Source of the DNA: Balanoglossus misakiensis
Taxonomy: Eukaryota > Animalia > Hemichordata
NCBI GenBank assembly: GCA_040954595.2
Contig: CM082589.2
Span: 9,250,894-9,314,893 of the forward strand
Direction: 5' to 3'
Length of the DNA stretch: 64,000 nucleotides
Shown: positions 1-13,708 of the stretch, in pieces
Numbering within the stretch: the first letter of the stretch is position 1
Layout of the letters: each line of letters opens with the position of its first letter
Notes under the pieces: model-generated
What the model saw: only the letters and a program-made list of their open reading frames with translations
What the model was told of the DNA's origin: nothing
Database searches by the model: none
Translations under genes and position numbers: made by a program

Positions 1-171
1 GCCTGGCCTATATTCGGGCCATAGCAGCCGTTTTTACCCCCACGTGGCTGTGAGTTACCAGAATCATACGCTATTTCCCTCGGCCTGCGGCCTCGGGAAA
101 TAGCATATGATTCTGGTAACTCACAACCCCTCCGGTGTAATAAACGGCCGCTATGGCCCTCATGGCCAGGC
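1..171. mobile_element. Palindromic (hairpin) non-autonomous element, probably continuing left of the window
   Basis: Inner arms 49-79 and 95-125 are reverse complements (31 bp, 1 mismatch) around the loop TCGGCCTGCGGCCTC. Outer arms also pair (GCCTGGCC 1-8 / GGCCAGGC 164-171; GGGCCATAGC / GCTATGGCCC). Confidence 0.65.
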
Positions 172-182
172 AATAGGTGTTC

Positions 183-360
183 AATATAATCTGGAAATTT
201 CGTGAAAATTAGATAAAACATGATTGAGACACGGAACATCAAACATTGCAAATTTTCATATCTTACCATGGTGCCATGCAAAAAATAGAGAGATTTTTTT
301 ACAAGTTTAGATGATCTCCTGTAAAACTGAAAGAAGTAATCTTCTGTGAATCTTGCATTT
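183..360 (+). repeat. Dispersed repeat, second copy at ~2521-2700
   Basis: AATATAATCTG(G/A)AAATTTCGTGAAAATTAGAT...GTAATCTTCTGTGAATCTT is nearly identical at both places. Confidence 0.9.
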
Positions 361-1354
361 TTATGTTGGAACCATGTTAACCGCTTTGGTCCCTCAAATG
401 CTGCTTTTAGTAAATGTTTTAATTGTCTTCTTCATGGCGGCCATATTGGATATTTGGATAACCTTTAAAAGTTGACATTTTTTTCAAAAACTACAGGGCC
501 AATCAAGTTCTAATTTACTGTGCGGTTCAATGTTTGACAATAATATCATTAGTGGTCATGTGGCTTTGGATTTTTGAAAAAACATCATTAAAACATTTCA
601 AAAATCTATTTCTAATCAAGTTTTCAAGTAAATTGTGATTGGGTAAACCTTATTGAAGCCAAATTGGATTTTCTGATCTCCAATAAAAGACTAAAATTTC
701 CTATTTCTAGCCTGCTCATTGAAACCACACAAATTCTTTTTATGGATATGAGTCACCATATGACCAGAATATATCACAATTATTAGACTACTTTCACATG
801 TTCTTTGATCAAGTTTTTACAGAACTTGATTAAACAATGTGTTTGCGACTCTCGCATGTCCTTTGATCCAGTAATTCCAGAACTTATTTTATGTGGATAT
901 GCCTCTTGTTAAAAAGCACAGCAGTCATGATTTTGTTCACATGAGTACTGCTGCTGCCAGGAAATAACCAAAATATTTTGCTAATTATGGCAATGACCTT
1001 TGATCTACTTTTCCATAAGTTGGCATGCACAGCAGATACAGTCTTCAAATTTGGAGGACTGAAACACCTAATGAAGTATTAAACTTTAGCACAATAATTA
1101 TGTACATAAGCTATTTCAAGTTAACCAATAGAGCTTAGAAGTCTGGTTTTTTGTTGGACACTGATCAGTTTGATATCAAATTTTGTTAGCACAATTTTGC
1201 ATGACCTCTGGCTTACTTTACCATTTCTTGGCATCCACAACAGAAACAGCCTTCGCTTTCTTTTGGAACCATGCTTACCACTTTGGTCCCTCCAATGCAG
1301 CATGTTGCTTTAATTGTCTTCTTCATGGTTGCCATATTGGATTTTTTGGAGATG

Positions 1355-1830
1355 CGTTTAACGTCAGAGTTGGAAGTATTTTTAGTAAAGTCTGGGAAGT
1401 GACATGTCTTCAAAGTGACTGATGTTATCTGCTAAGAGCTGAATGCCCATGGGTGTTCTTTCCTAGATTTTACATTTTCTTAGCATTTTATAGACCTGTG
1501 TATAACTATAATTTTAGTTATATATTCTAATTTGAGTTTAGGTCGAGTATGCATGGAATTATAGTTATTATTCTGTAATTACCCAACCAAATATGTTGTC
1601 TAACTAATGGATATTTTGATTGTCAATTTGCACAGGCAACATTATTGAAGTAGCATTGAGAGTAGTTGTTAATATAGCAGAGCTTCTAACTGGAAAGAAG
1701 AGCTTAGTAAATTTATCAGCTCATAATATTCCTTTAACCAATGAACTTTATATGAACTTGCACACCTGCGTTAAAGATACAGGGATTAATTTTCAGGAAA
1801 CCTTACCAGCTCTAGTACAATTTTTTGAGC
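1355..1830 (-). pseudogene. Possible heavily decayed non-LTR retrotransposon RT C-terminal fragment
   Basis: Minus-strand translation with stops gives LPVQIDNQNIH.LDNI..., loosely resembling the post-RT region of CR1-group LINEs. It interrupts the tandem array. Weak. Confidence 0.3.
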
Positions 1831-4800
1831 CAGAAATTGAATTACCCCCCCCCCCCCCAAAAAAAAAAAAAAAAAAAATAAACAAAAATAGTAATTTTAT
1901 AAAGACACAGTCAGAAAAAAAACAGAGAAAGCCAGCAAGGAAGGGAGAAAAGTGGAATACATGAAAGGCACAGTTTGCTTAAAATACGTGTGTATGCAGT
2001 AAAACTGTATGGTGCAACGGCGTCCATTTTTATGATTTATAGCCAGCCAGTCTTTCCATGCATATCATACCAGAATTTAATATGAAATTCTTGTTAATGT
2101 TAATAGTCTACAAGGATAGTACAGGTAACATGTAGAAATTAAACTATCCAACTTTCTCCACTTTTGATATCTGCTCGACACAGGCAAGCAAAAGGGCCGA
2201 TCTGAGACTTTGACTTGAATGATGGCAATTTTTGCTGTCCAGAAGCAACTGTATAACATTTTTTTGATAGTAATATCAGCTTTATGATTGCTAAAATACA
2301 CAAGAATTTAAATATTTCCACTTACTACAGTGATTGAACTGATTTTCAGCAAATTGCAATGTATAAACAAATATTGCCATCTAATGAAATGTCAACCGAA
2401 TTTGGCCGCCCATTTGCAATGGTAAAATGCTAGGTTTACCATTTTTGAGCGCCTGGGAATTTAAATTATAATCCAGATATCAAAAACATAAGTCACTATC
2501 TGTATCTGCACATATATTGTAATATAATCTGAAAATTTCGTGAAAATTAGATCAAACATGATTTAGACACGGAACATCAAACATTGCAAATTTTCATATT
2601 TTACCATGGTGCCATGCAAAAAATAGAGAGATTTTTTTTACAAGTTTAGATGATCTCCTGTAAAACTGAAAGAAGTAATCTTCTGTGAATCTTACATTTT
2701 TATATAATTTGGTAAAATTCTTTGAAAAATGGTGAAGATACTTGAGAATCTCAGTATTATTTGATGCGTTTGTACGCTGAAATCCGGTGAACCGATTTTG
2801 ATAATTTTCTTTGTTATAACCTACTAAGATGTATAAACATTTTTATCAGAAAAATAAACGGCAATCTTGGAGTAAATTTTTAACTGATCTTCCTTATATA
2901 ATTTTAATGGTCCAGCTGTTACAGGGACCACCAGCTATTTTATTATAAACTGGTGGTAGGTCAGTGAATGCCTCTGTCTGATTGGACTAATTAATTTGTC
3001 ATACTCGCATGTATTTTTACAGACAGTTTTTGGACAAAAATCAGTTGTTGTTTTTTTAGTGTAGCTTGTAAGATTGCTGTGACACATAACACTTTATTTG
3101 GCATAGTTAATTTTTTTATGTTTCCATAGTATTTAAATATTAATGCCATATATGCTTGCCAATGTCGCCCCTGAATTTAATTCTGGTGAATACCTAATTT
3201 CTGAGTAATCCCCAAAGGGCACCACAGTGTCCTTTACATTATTTTATAAGAAGTAAATTATACATAGATATGCATCTTGTTAAAAAGCCCAACAGTCATG
3301 ATTTTGTTCACATGAGTACTACTGCTGACAGGACATAACCCAAATCTTTGATAATTTTGGCAATGACCTTTGATCTACTATCCCATGCCTTGGCATGTAC
3401 AGCAGATACAGCCTTCAAATTTGGTGTTCAAATTGACTGTGCGGTTCAATGTTTGACAATAATATTGTTAGTGGTCATGTGGCTTTGGATTTTTGAAAAA
3501 TAGAATAAAAAAAATTCAAAACATTTATTTCTAATCAAGTTTTCAAGTAAAATGTGATTGGGTAAACCTTATTGGAGCCAAATTGGATTTTCTGATCTCC
3601 GATAAAAGACTAAAATTTCCTATTTCTAGCGTGCTCATTGAAACCACACAAATTCTTTTTATGGATATGAGTCACCATAGGACCAGAATATATCAAAATT
3701 ATTAGACTACTTTCAGATGTTCTTTGATCAAATTTTTACAAAACTTGATTGAACAACTTGTTTGCGACTATCGCATGTCCTTTGATCCAGTAATTCCAGA
3801 ATTTATTTATGTGGATATGCCTCTTGTTAAAAAGCACATCTGTCATGATTTTGTTCACATGAGTACTACTGCTGCCAGGACATAACCCAAATCTTTTAGA
3901 TAATTTTGGCAATGACCTTTGATCTACTATCCCATGCCTTGGCATGTACAGCAGATACAGCCTTCAAATTTGGTGGACTGGAACACCTTATGAAGAATTA
4001 AACTTTAACACAATAATTATGTACATAAGCTATTTCAAGTTAACCAATAGAGCTTAGAAGTCTGTTTTCTGTTGGACACAGCTCAGTTTGATATCAAAAT
4101 TTGTTGGCCCAAATTTGCGTGACCTCTGGCTTACTTACAATTTCTCAGCATCAATAACAGATACAGCCTTTGCTTTCTGTTGGAACCATGCTAACCACTT
4201 TGGTCCCTCCAATGCTGCTTTTAGTTGTAATTGTCTTGTTCATGGCGGCCATATTGGATTTTCGGTTAACCTTTAAAAGGTGACATTTTTTTCAAAAACT
4301 ACAGGGCCAATCAAGTTCAAATTGACTGTGCGGTTCAATGTTTGACAATAATATCGTTAGTGGTCATGTGGCTTTGGATTTTTGAAAAATAGAATAAAAA
4401 AATTTCAAAACATTTATTTCTAATCAAGTTTTCAAGTAAAATGTGATTGGGTAAACCTTATTGGAGCCAAATTGGATTTTCTGATCTCCGATAAAAGACT
4501 AAAATTTCCTATTTCTAGCGTGCTCATTGAAACCACACAAATTCTTTTTATGGATACGAGTCACCATAGGACCAGAATATATCATAATTATTAGACTACT
4601 TCCACATGTTCTTTGATCCAGTAATTCCAGAACTTATTTTATGTGGATATGCCTCTTGTTAAAAAGCACAACAGTCATGATTTTGTTCACATGAGTACTA
4701 CTGCTGCCAGGACATAACCCAAATCTTTTGATAATTTTGGCAATGACTTTTGATCTACTATCCCATGCCTTGGCATGTACAGCAGATACAGCCTTCAAAT

Positions 4801-4995
4801 TTGGTGGACTGCAACACCCAATAAAGTATTAAACTTTTACACAATAATTTTGTACATAATCTATTTCAAGTTAACCAATAGAGCTTAGAAATCTGGTTTT
4901 TTGTTTGACACTGATCAGTTTAAGATCAAACATTTGTGTCACAATTTTGCGTGACCTCTGGCTTACTTTACCATTTCTTTGCATCCACAACAAAA

Positions 4996-5126
4996 TCAAA
5001 TCAAATCAATCAAGCAAAAAAGTTTATATAGCGCCAAAATCCAAAAAGAAATTTTGCCCAATGACGCTCACGGTTAAACCACACTGTATGCTCTTTCGAA
5101 CATATGAGTTTTCATATGATTTTTTT
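4996..5126 (-). mobile_element. 5'-truncated L2/CR1-group LINE 3' end
   Basis: Minus strand reads KNHMKTHMFERAYSVV* (L2-type K..LKTHLF..AY C-terminus), then GCGCTATATAAA and a (TTTGA)n tail. Flanked by AACAAAA at 4989-4995 and 5127-5133; removing it restores the array unit. Confidence 0.75.
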
Positions 5127-8100
5127 AACAAAACATCCTTTGCTTTCTGTTGGAACCATGCTAACTGCTTGGGCCCATCCCATTTCTTCTTAATGGCGGC
5201 CATATTGGATATTATGATAACACTTAAAAATTTACATCTTTTCAACAACTACAAGGCAAATCAAGTTCTAATTTACTGTGCGGTTTAATGTTTGACAATA
5301 ATATCATTAGTGGTCATGTCACTTTGGTTGCCATATTGGATTTTTGAAAAATCTCATGAAAAATTTCACAAATCTTTTCCTAATCACGTTTTCAAGTGAA
5401 TTGTGATTGGTTTATCCTAATTAAAGCCAAATCGGATTTTCTAAACACACGATTTAAAAAAAATCCTATTTCTAGCCTACCCAAATTCTTTTAATAGATA
5501 TGAGTCACCACATGACCAGTTTATATTACAATTTTTGGGCAATTTTCGAATGTCCTTTGATCCATTTTTTCCAGAACTTAATTGTGCGTGGATATGCTTC
5601 TTGTCAAAAAGCACACCAGTCATGATTTTGTTCACAGGAGTTTTGCATCTATAACAGATGCAGCCTTTGCTTTCTGCTGCCAGGAAATAAACAAAATATT
5701 TGGAGGACTGAAACACCTAATGAAGTATTAAACTTTAACACAATAATTATGTACATAAGCAATTTCAAGTTAACCAATAGAGCTGAGAAGTCTGTTTTCT
5801 GTTGGACACAGCTCAGTTTGATATCGAAATTTGTTGGCCCAAATTTGCGTGACCTCTCGCTTACTTACCATTTCTCAGCATCCATAACAGATACAGCCTT
5901 TGCTTTCTGTTCGAACCATGCTAACCGCTTTGGTCCCTCCAATGCTGCTTTTAGTATTAATTGTCTTCTTCATGGTGGCCATATTGGATTTTCGGATAAC
6001 CTTTAAAACTTGACATTTTTTTCAAAAAATACAGGGCCAATCAAGTTCTAATTTACTGTGCGGTTCAATGTTTGACAATAATAGTATCAGTAGTGGTCAT
6101 GTGGCTTTGGATGCATAATTGGATTTTTGAAAAATATCATAAAAAAAATCAAAAATCTATTTCTAATCAAGTTTTCAAGTAAATTTTGATTGGTTAAAAC
6201 TAATTGGACCCATATTGGATTTTCTGATCTCCGATTAAAAACTAAAATTTCCTATTTCTAGCCTACTCATTGAAACCACACAAATAATTTTTATGGATAT
6301 GAGTCACCATTAACAAGAATATATTTCAATTTGCTGGTGACTCTCGCATCTCCTTTGATACTGTAATTCCAGAACTAAATTTTATGTGGATATGCCTCTT
6401 GTTAAAAGCACAACAGTCATGATTTTGTTCACATTAGTACTACTGCTGCCAGGACATAACACATATATTTTGATAATTTTGGCAATTACCTTTGATGTAC
6501 TTCCCCATAACTTGGCATGCACAGCAGATACATTCTTCAAATTTGGAGGACTTAAACACCTAATGAAGTTTAAACTTTAACACAATATTTATGTACATAA
6601 GCTTTTTCAAATTAACCAATAGAGTTAGAAGTCTGGCTTTTTGTTGGATCAGTGTGATATCAAATTTTGTTAGCACAATTTTGCATGACCTCTGACTTAC
6701 TTAACCATTTCTCAGCATCCATAACAGATACAGCCTTTGCTTTGTGTTGGAACCATGCTAACCACTTTGGCCCCTGCAATGCTGCATGTTGCTTTAATTG
6801 TCTCCTTCATGGTTGCCATATAGGATATTCTGATAATCTATAAAAGTTGACTTTCTTCAAAACTGCAGGGCGAATCAAGTTCTAATTTACTGTTCACAAA
6901 GTTTGACAATAATATCATTAGTGGTCATGTGACTTTGGATGCCTTATTGGATTTTTGAAAATCTCATTAAAAAATCTCATTTATTTTTCCTAATCATGTT
7001 CTCAAGTGAATTGTGATTGGTTTAACCTTATTGGAGCCAAATTGAATTTTCTAAAATCCGATTAACAAATACATTTTCCTATTTCTTGCCTACTAATTGA
7101 TAGCACACAACTATTTTTTATGGATACGAGTCACCATATGACTAGAATATGTTACATTTTTTGGCAACTTTCACACATTCTCTGATCCATTTTTGTTCAC
7201 TACTTAATTTTATGTGGATATGCCTCTTGTTAAAAAGCACAACAGTCATGATTTTGTTCACATGAGTACTACTGCTGCCAGGACATAACCCAAATCTTTT
7301 GATAACTTTGGCAATGACCTTTGATCTACTATCCCATGCCTTGGAATGTACAGCAGATACAGCCTTCAAATTTTTAGGACTGGAATACCTAATGAAGTAT
7401 TAAACGTTAACACAATAATTATGTACATAAGCAATTTCAAGTTAACCAATATAGCTTAGAAGTCTGGATTTTGTTGGACACTGATCAGTTTGATATCAAA
7501 ATTTGTTGGCACAATTTTGCATGACATCTGGCTTACTTTACCATTTCTCGGCATCTGCTACAGATACAGCCTTTGCTTTCTGTTGGAACCATGCTAACCA
7601 CATTCGTCCCTCCAATGCTGCTTTTAGCTTTGTCTTCGTCATGGCAGCCATATTGGATTTTCTGATAACCTTTAAAAGTTGACTCTTTTCAAAAATTACA
7701 AGGCCAATAAAGTTCTAATTTACTGTGCGGTTCCAATTTTTTCAATAATAATGTTAGTGGTCATGTGACTTTGGATTTATTATGGATTTTTGAAAAATCT
7801 CATTAAAAATGTCAAAAATCTTTTTCTACTTAAGTTTTCAAGTGAATTGTGATTGGTTCAACCTTATTGGATAAAACTTTTGTATGGATACGAGTCGCCA
7901 TATGACCAGAATACATGTTTTTGATCCAGTTTTCTCAGAACTTGATTATACAAAATTTTGACAACTACACATGTCCTTTGATCCAGTGTTTTCTGAACTT
8001 AATTGTATGTGGATACGATTCTTGTTAAAAAGCACAACAGTCATGATTTTGTTTACATGAGTACTGCTGCTGCCGGAACATAACCTTATTTTTTGATAAT

Positions 8101-9794
8101 TTTGGCAATGACCTTTGATCTACATTCCCATAACCTGGCATGCACAGCAGATGCATGTTTCAAATTTAGAGGACTGGAACACCTAATGAAGTACTTTACC
8201 ATTTCTTGGCATCCACAACAGATACAACCTTTGCTTTCTTTTGAAACCATGCTAACCAGTTTAGCCCCTGCAATCCTGCTTGTAAGTTTAATTGTCTTCT
8301 TCATGACGGCCATATTGGATTTTCTGATAATTTCTACAAGTTGACATATTTTTTCAAAACTGCAGGGCAAATCAATTACTAATTGACTGTCCGGTTCAAA
8401 GTTTGACAATAATATCATTAGTGGTCATGTGACTTCTGATGCCTTATTGGATTTTTGAAAATCTCATTATAATTGTCATTTTTTTATCTAATCAAGTTTT
8501 CAAGTGAATTTTGATTGGTTAAATCTCATTGGAGCCAAATTAGATAGTCTAAACTCCGATTAAGAACTAAATTTTCCTATTTTTAGCCTATGCATTGATT
8601 GCATACAAATTCCTTTAATGGATACGAGTCACCATACGACTAGAATATGTTACAATTTTTTGGCAACTTTCACATGTCCTTTGATCCAACCTTTTTCAAC
8701 ACCTAATAATACAAATTTTTGGCAACTTTCATTTGTTCTTTGATCCAGATCTTTCAGAACTTAATTAAAGCTTATTGAAGCCAAATTGGATTTTATGAAT
8801 TCTGATTAAAAACTAAAATTTCCTTTTTCTGGGCTACTCATTGATTGCACACCAATTCTTTTTATAGATACGAGTCTTCATATGACCAGAATACATTGCA
8901 TTTTTTTTGGCAACTTTCGCATGTATTTTGATCTAGTTTTTTTCAGAACTTAATTATTCGTGGATGTGCCTCTTGTTGAAAAGCACAACAGTGATGATTT
9001 TTGTCACATTACTGCTGCCAGGACATATTTTGGCATTGAACTTCGTTCTACATTTGGCACCTGTATTCTTTTCTGAATATCTTATTGCGGCAAGACTAGT
9101 AGCACTAGAGGTTTGGTTTTTGATGTATATGGACAAGTATGGGACTTAGGTATTTTTGTTACATTTGGAATCCACTGGACCAATGTTGACCTTATTAAAT
9201 ATGTGCATATCTAATGCTGAGCTTACCCATATTGTTACAGGTTGAATTTTTTATGAACATGCTCTACTTTTGGACTTAATTTTTTTGCTGAATTTCTTGA
9301 CCAATGATAATCTTATAAATATGTGCTTACGTAATTGTAGACTAGACAATGAAGCTTTGAGTCTGGGTTTCCTTGAACATAGACCACTATGCAATCAAAT
9401 TTTTTTCTGACATTTTTGATGGCTTTGGTTTTGGACATTTTTGATGGACCTATTTTTCCATGCCTTGGCATGCACAGCAGATAACGTCTTACAATTTTGA
9501 AGGCTGGAACACCTAATAACCAGGTTAACCAATAGAGCCAGAAGTCTTGTTTTTCATTTTACACTGATCATTTTGGAAGAAAAATTTGTTGACAATTTTG
9601 GGTGAGCTCTTGGTGACCTTTGATCAACTTTCCTATAAACATAGCAGATATAGCATTGGCACTCTCTGGTATCCATAGGAACTGCTTAGACCTAGCCAAT
9701 GTTGGTTGCACCTTATTTTTTTTTATTAATTGACCATATGTACCCCTTGACCCTCAGTTTGTTGGGTTGGGCTGGCTTGCCACATTAATGCTAT

Positions 9795-11180
9795 CATAAG
9801 GGGCACAAGCCAGGCGAGGTAGATCTGGAAAACCGCAGCACCTACAGGGCTGAAACTTGGTAGGGTGATAGGGGCCAATGAGTAGACCTAGAGTGGCCAT
9901 GAATATTTAATTAGTCACGTGACCTGGCGGCCATATTAGATTTTCCGAAAACCGTTAAATGACTCCTTCTCAAAAACTACTGGGCCAATCAGGTTCAAAT
10001 TTTGTGTGCAGGTAGCCTACCTTCTGTCCATCATTTTACCCCATTGAAATCATGATGTCAAATATAAAGTTTTTTTGCTACAATTTTTTTTCTGAAAAAC
10101 TACTTAAAACTTTTAAAATCTTCTTCTCCAGAAGCAGTGATCGCCGAGTTATGGGATTCGGGGTATGCAGTCACCTAACCTATGTCTTTCAAGTTTGCGA
10201 AGTGCACTGTGATTGGTCGATCATTATGGCGGCCATATTGGATTTCCTGAAAACCATTGAAAAATGTAAATTCCGTTCTATAGCCAAAATGTTGACACCA
10301 AGGAAATTATTTTTGTGGATATAAGTCATCATATGACCGGAACTTGTCACAATTTTGGGGGCAATTTTCACATGACCTTTGACCCAGTTTTAAACCAACT
10401 AATTATATATGCATATTCCCCATACCTCCTCTTGTAAAAGCACTACAGTCATGAATTTTGTGGACATGGGTACCAATGCTGTCAGGACATGACACAAATA
10501 TTTTGGCAATGACCTTTGACCTATTTCTGAAACATCATTTTTCTGCATATCTAAATCCAGGCTAACCAATAGGGCTCCAGGTCTGGTTTTTGTTGGACAT
10601 GGCCCACTATGGGGTCAAACTTTTATGCCCAAATTTTGGGTGACCTTTGACCTACTTTCCCATATCTCAGCTTCCAGAGCAGTTACAGCCCTGGCTATTG
10701 GGGGATTGACCACCTAATAGAGTCTTACACAATACCTCATTAATTATGTGCATATCTTATTCCAAGCTAACCAACAGGGCTAGATGTTTGGTTTTTGTTG
10801 TATAAGGACATATGTGGTGTCAAAATTTTGCTCAAATTTTGGTGACCTCAGGTGACCTTTGACCTTCTTCCCTATATCTCGGCATCCAGACAGGATAGAG
10901 CCTTGGCTTTTGGAGGGATTGAACACCTTTTGGGGTCTTTTATGTTACCTCATTAATTATGCACATATCTAATTCCAGGCTAACCAATAGGGCTAGAGGT
11001 TTGGTTTTTGTTGGTCATGGACAAGTATGGTGTCAAAATGTTTCGCCCAAATTTGGGTGAACTAAGGTGACCTTTGACCTACTTTCCCATATCTTGGTAT
11101 CCACAGCAGATACAGCTTTGGGATTCGCTGGTTACCATGGGAACCGTTTGTGCCCCACCAACGCTGCTTGCAGCTTTAAT
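9795..11180 (+). mobile_element. Helentron-associated non-autonomous element (HINE/DINE-1-like)
   Basis: Subterminal inverted repeat GGGGCACAA (9800-9808) / TTGTGCCCC (11148-11156), followed by hairpin GCTGC-TT-GCAGC (11163-11174) and TTTAATT. Internal ~230-bp degenerate repeats contain GACCTTTGACCT, plus TTTTAAAATCTTCTTCTC and GGCGGCCATATTGGATT motifs. Confidence 0.65.
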
Positions 11181-11220
11181 TATCATTGATTTCATGTATT
11201 TAATTCTTTCATTCTTTTTT

Positions 11221-11905
11221 CTTCTGTAGGTCCCACCGGTACTCTTCTTCTTCTCTCTCTCTTCCTTTCTTTCTTTCTTTTTTCTCTCTTCTCTTCTTTT
11301 TTTCCCTGTAGGCCCCAATGGTAACACCATAATCAACCTACTAACGTAAAATTTGATGGATGGGTGGAGCGGAGTGTCAACCATAGTCAACCTACTAATA
11401 TAAACTTTGATGGATGGATGGAGCGGAGCGTCAACCATAGTCAACCTACTAATATTAAACTTTGATGGATGGATGGAGCGGAGCGTCAACCATAGTCAAC
11501 CTACTAAATATAAACTTTGATGGATGGATGGGGCGGAGCGTCAACCATAGTCAACCTGCTGAAATATAAACTTCGATGGATGGATGGTGCCATGGAGCGT
11601 CAACTTAAACGATGGAGAAGTGGAAGGATGGAGAAGAAGAGTTTTTTTTTCTCTTTTTTCTCTTTTTTTTCCTGTAGGGCTCACTGGTAACACCATAATC
11701 AACCTACTAACGTAAAATTTGATGGATGGATGGATGGAGCGGAGTGTCAACCATAGTCAACCTACTAATATTAAACTTTGATGGATGGATGGAGCGGGGC
11801 GTCAACCATAGTCAACCTGCTGAAATATAAACTTTGGTGGATGGATGGTGCCGTGGAGCGTCAACTTAAAGGATGGAGATGTGGAAGGATGGAGAAGTGG
11901 AGTTT
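11221..11905 (+). repeat. ~58-60 bp minisatellite with a (GGAT)n core, arranged as two blocks each preceded by a pyrimidine tract
   Basis: Unit CAACCATAGTCAACCTACTAATATAAACTTTGATGGATGGATGGAGCGGAGCGT occurs about 5 times at 11325-11600 and about 3 times at 11690-11860. Both blocks begin TTTTCCTGTAGG-like...GGTAACACCATAATC and end AACTTAAA.GATGGAGA.GTGGAAGGATGGAGAAG. Confidence 0.9.
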
Positions 11906-12019
11906 CAACATAATAAACCTATTGACCGAAATTATGAGGTAGAGTTATATAGGAGTACAAAACAAAGTGATCGTAATATAAAACTTAATAGTCCAATAAA
12001 TCAGGTTAATAATTGGTAG

Positions 12020-12730
12020 TGATTACTTATGCTAAAATGAGGTTAACAGCAATGGCTTTGTGCAGGGTATGATAATAGGTTCATAAATGTGTATGGTATA
12101 ATAAAGGCGAACAAATATGAATGGTTTAATAAAAGGGTTACAAATGTGATGATGGCTTATGGTAAAATTTGAGTGTACACAGGTTATACAGGGGTAACAG
12201 TGGTTTTTTGGATGAAGGGAATGATAATAGGGTAACAAATGTGACTGGTATAAAAGGTATAATAATGGGTTTATAATATGATGATGACTTGTGTACACAG
12301 GTTATAATGGGTATATGAATGAGAAGGGTATAATAAATGGTGATAACTGTGTCGGGTTTAATAAAGGTAACAATCATGGAAGGGTATAATAACGATTAAT
12401 AATTGCGGTGATGGCTTATGGTGATATTAAGTATACAAGGGTGTTAATATTGATGATGATGACAGAGGTATAATAATGATATAACATTAAATAAGTGTCC
12501 AGGGTCTAATAATCATGTTGGTTCATTAATTGGTTAATGTGTATGTTTTATGAATAACATGCTATTATTTCTCAGATAGATAATACTCGTCAGCATCGTT
12601 ATTCGGTGGAATTTCTCGCAACGGTACCCGTGATCGTATTCGCGCATGGACACATTGTACGCGACAGACAGGCAGAACATGTTAGGTTAGCTAAACCTCC
12701 CCACCCCATCCAAATTCCAAATTTAGCTTA
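12020..12730 (+). repeat. Old repeat block A, homologous to 50825-51527
   Basis: Shared colinear motifs: GGTTAACAGCAAT, TTGAGTGTACACAG, TTGGTTAATGTGTAT.TTTTATGAATAACATGCTATT.TTTCTCAGATAG, CTCCCCACCCCATCCAAATTCCA.ATTTAGCTT. Confidence 0.85.
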
Positions 12731-13479
12731 GATCATGGGGTGAGAGGAGGAGAGGACAGTTTTTTTTCCTCTTTTGTAACTGGTCTGAGGTTTTTAACTG
12801 CCCTTTAGGCGCGTAAATTAGATATGTAATCATACAAGTAGTTATCTTGCTTTATTTGAAAACAATTATGATAGAGCTCTGCGAGATTATGTACACGATA
12901 GTGTGTTATATAATGCTAAGGTAAAAGTAAACTTAACCCACTAACCCATCACTCTATTGTGTGCATAATTTGCAGATGCTATTTTGACTGGCCCATTGTC
13001 ACAGTTCAACCACATGACACCTTGTTTCAAAAAGAGCAGAAACTATTTGTGTTAATTTCTTTCAGGTTAACTACATGACACATTGTTTCAAATTGGCCTG
13101 CAAGATTTACTACTTGAACCTCAACCCCCCTCCAGCCCCCCCCCCCCAAAAAAAAATAAAAATAAAAAATTAGGGATTAATCAATCGCTATATTATGAAC
13201 ATTCACATGAAAATTATGCAACCAAATTAGAGGTATTCTGGAGGCGTCTTCTGATGTCAGGTGGTTCAAATCCACCAATACCTAAGCTGGAAACATAACT
13301 TTTCATTGGTGTTCATATATGGCAAATAAAACATGCATATTCATATTCTCAAATTTCAGAAATGAACAAATTGAAGTAGATTCTTTTCGATATGCCTTTA
13401 TAAACCAACTTTAATCCTATTTTACCCACTTTACTCAAAATGTTGTGTTTAAATTGCCCACAAGTAAGTCTTTTCTTAT

Positions 13480-13705
13480 CTGCATATATTCATAATGTTT
13501 TCCGCAAAGTGTACAACTGCATGTCTTGTGATCAGTATTGTGACATCTAAGAAGAACGGGAACTGGTCAGAGAACTGGGATATGGGAGCTGACAAACTGA
13601 GTTGTTGGACATTCAAAGAGACTAATTTGCACTTTTCCACATTTTCTTGAAATCTGACTAGGAGCTAAACAAGGCACCATACAGAAAGGTCATTCTGTCA
13701 CATAG
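13480..13705 (+). repeat. Remnant of the degenerate ~175-bp repeat B also found at 49620-50820
   Basis: CTAATTTGCACTTTTCCACATTTTCTTGAAATCTGACTAGGAGCTAAACAAGGC (13622-) resembles CTAATTTGAACGTCTCCACATTTACTTGAATTCTAGTAGTAGCTAAACAAGGC (49760-). Confidence 0.65.
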
Positions 13706-13708
13706 TCA

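Larger units (their letters stand above)
362..9720 (+). repeat. Degenerate tandem array, unit ~800-870 bp, interrupted at ~1355-3250 and 4996-5126
   Basis: Marker TCTTGTTAAAAAGCAC (or close variant) recurs at ~903, 3275, 3822, 4652, 5600, 6397, 7225, 8020, 8970. GGCGGCCATATTGGATT and GTTTGACAATAATATC recur in register. Several units carry internal deletions. Confidence 0.9.

Noticed and set aside
1620-1964. 114-aa ORF with PPPPPPKKKKKK (similar at 13083-13298)
   Set aside because: Produced by poly-C/poly-A homopolymers; no coding signal.
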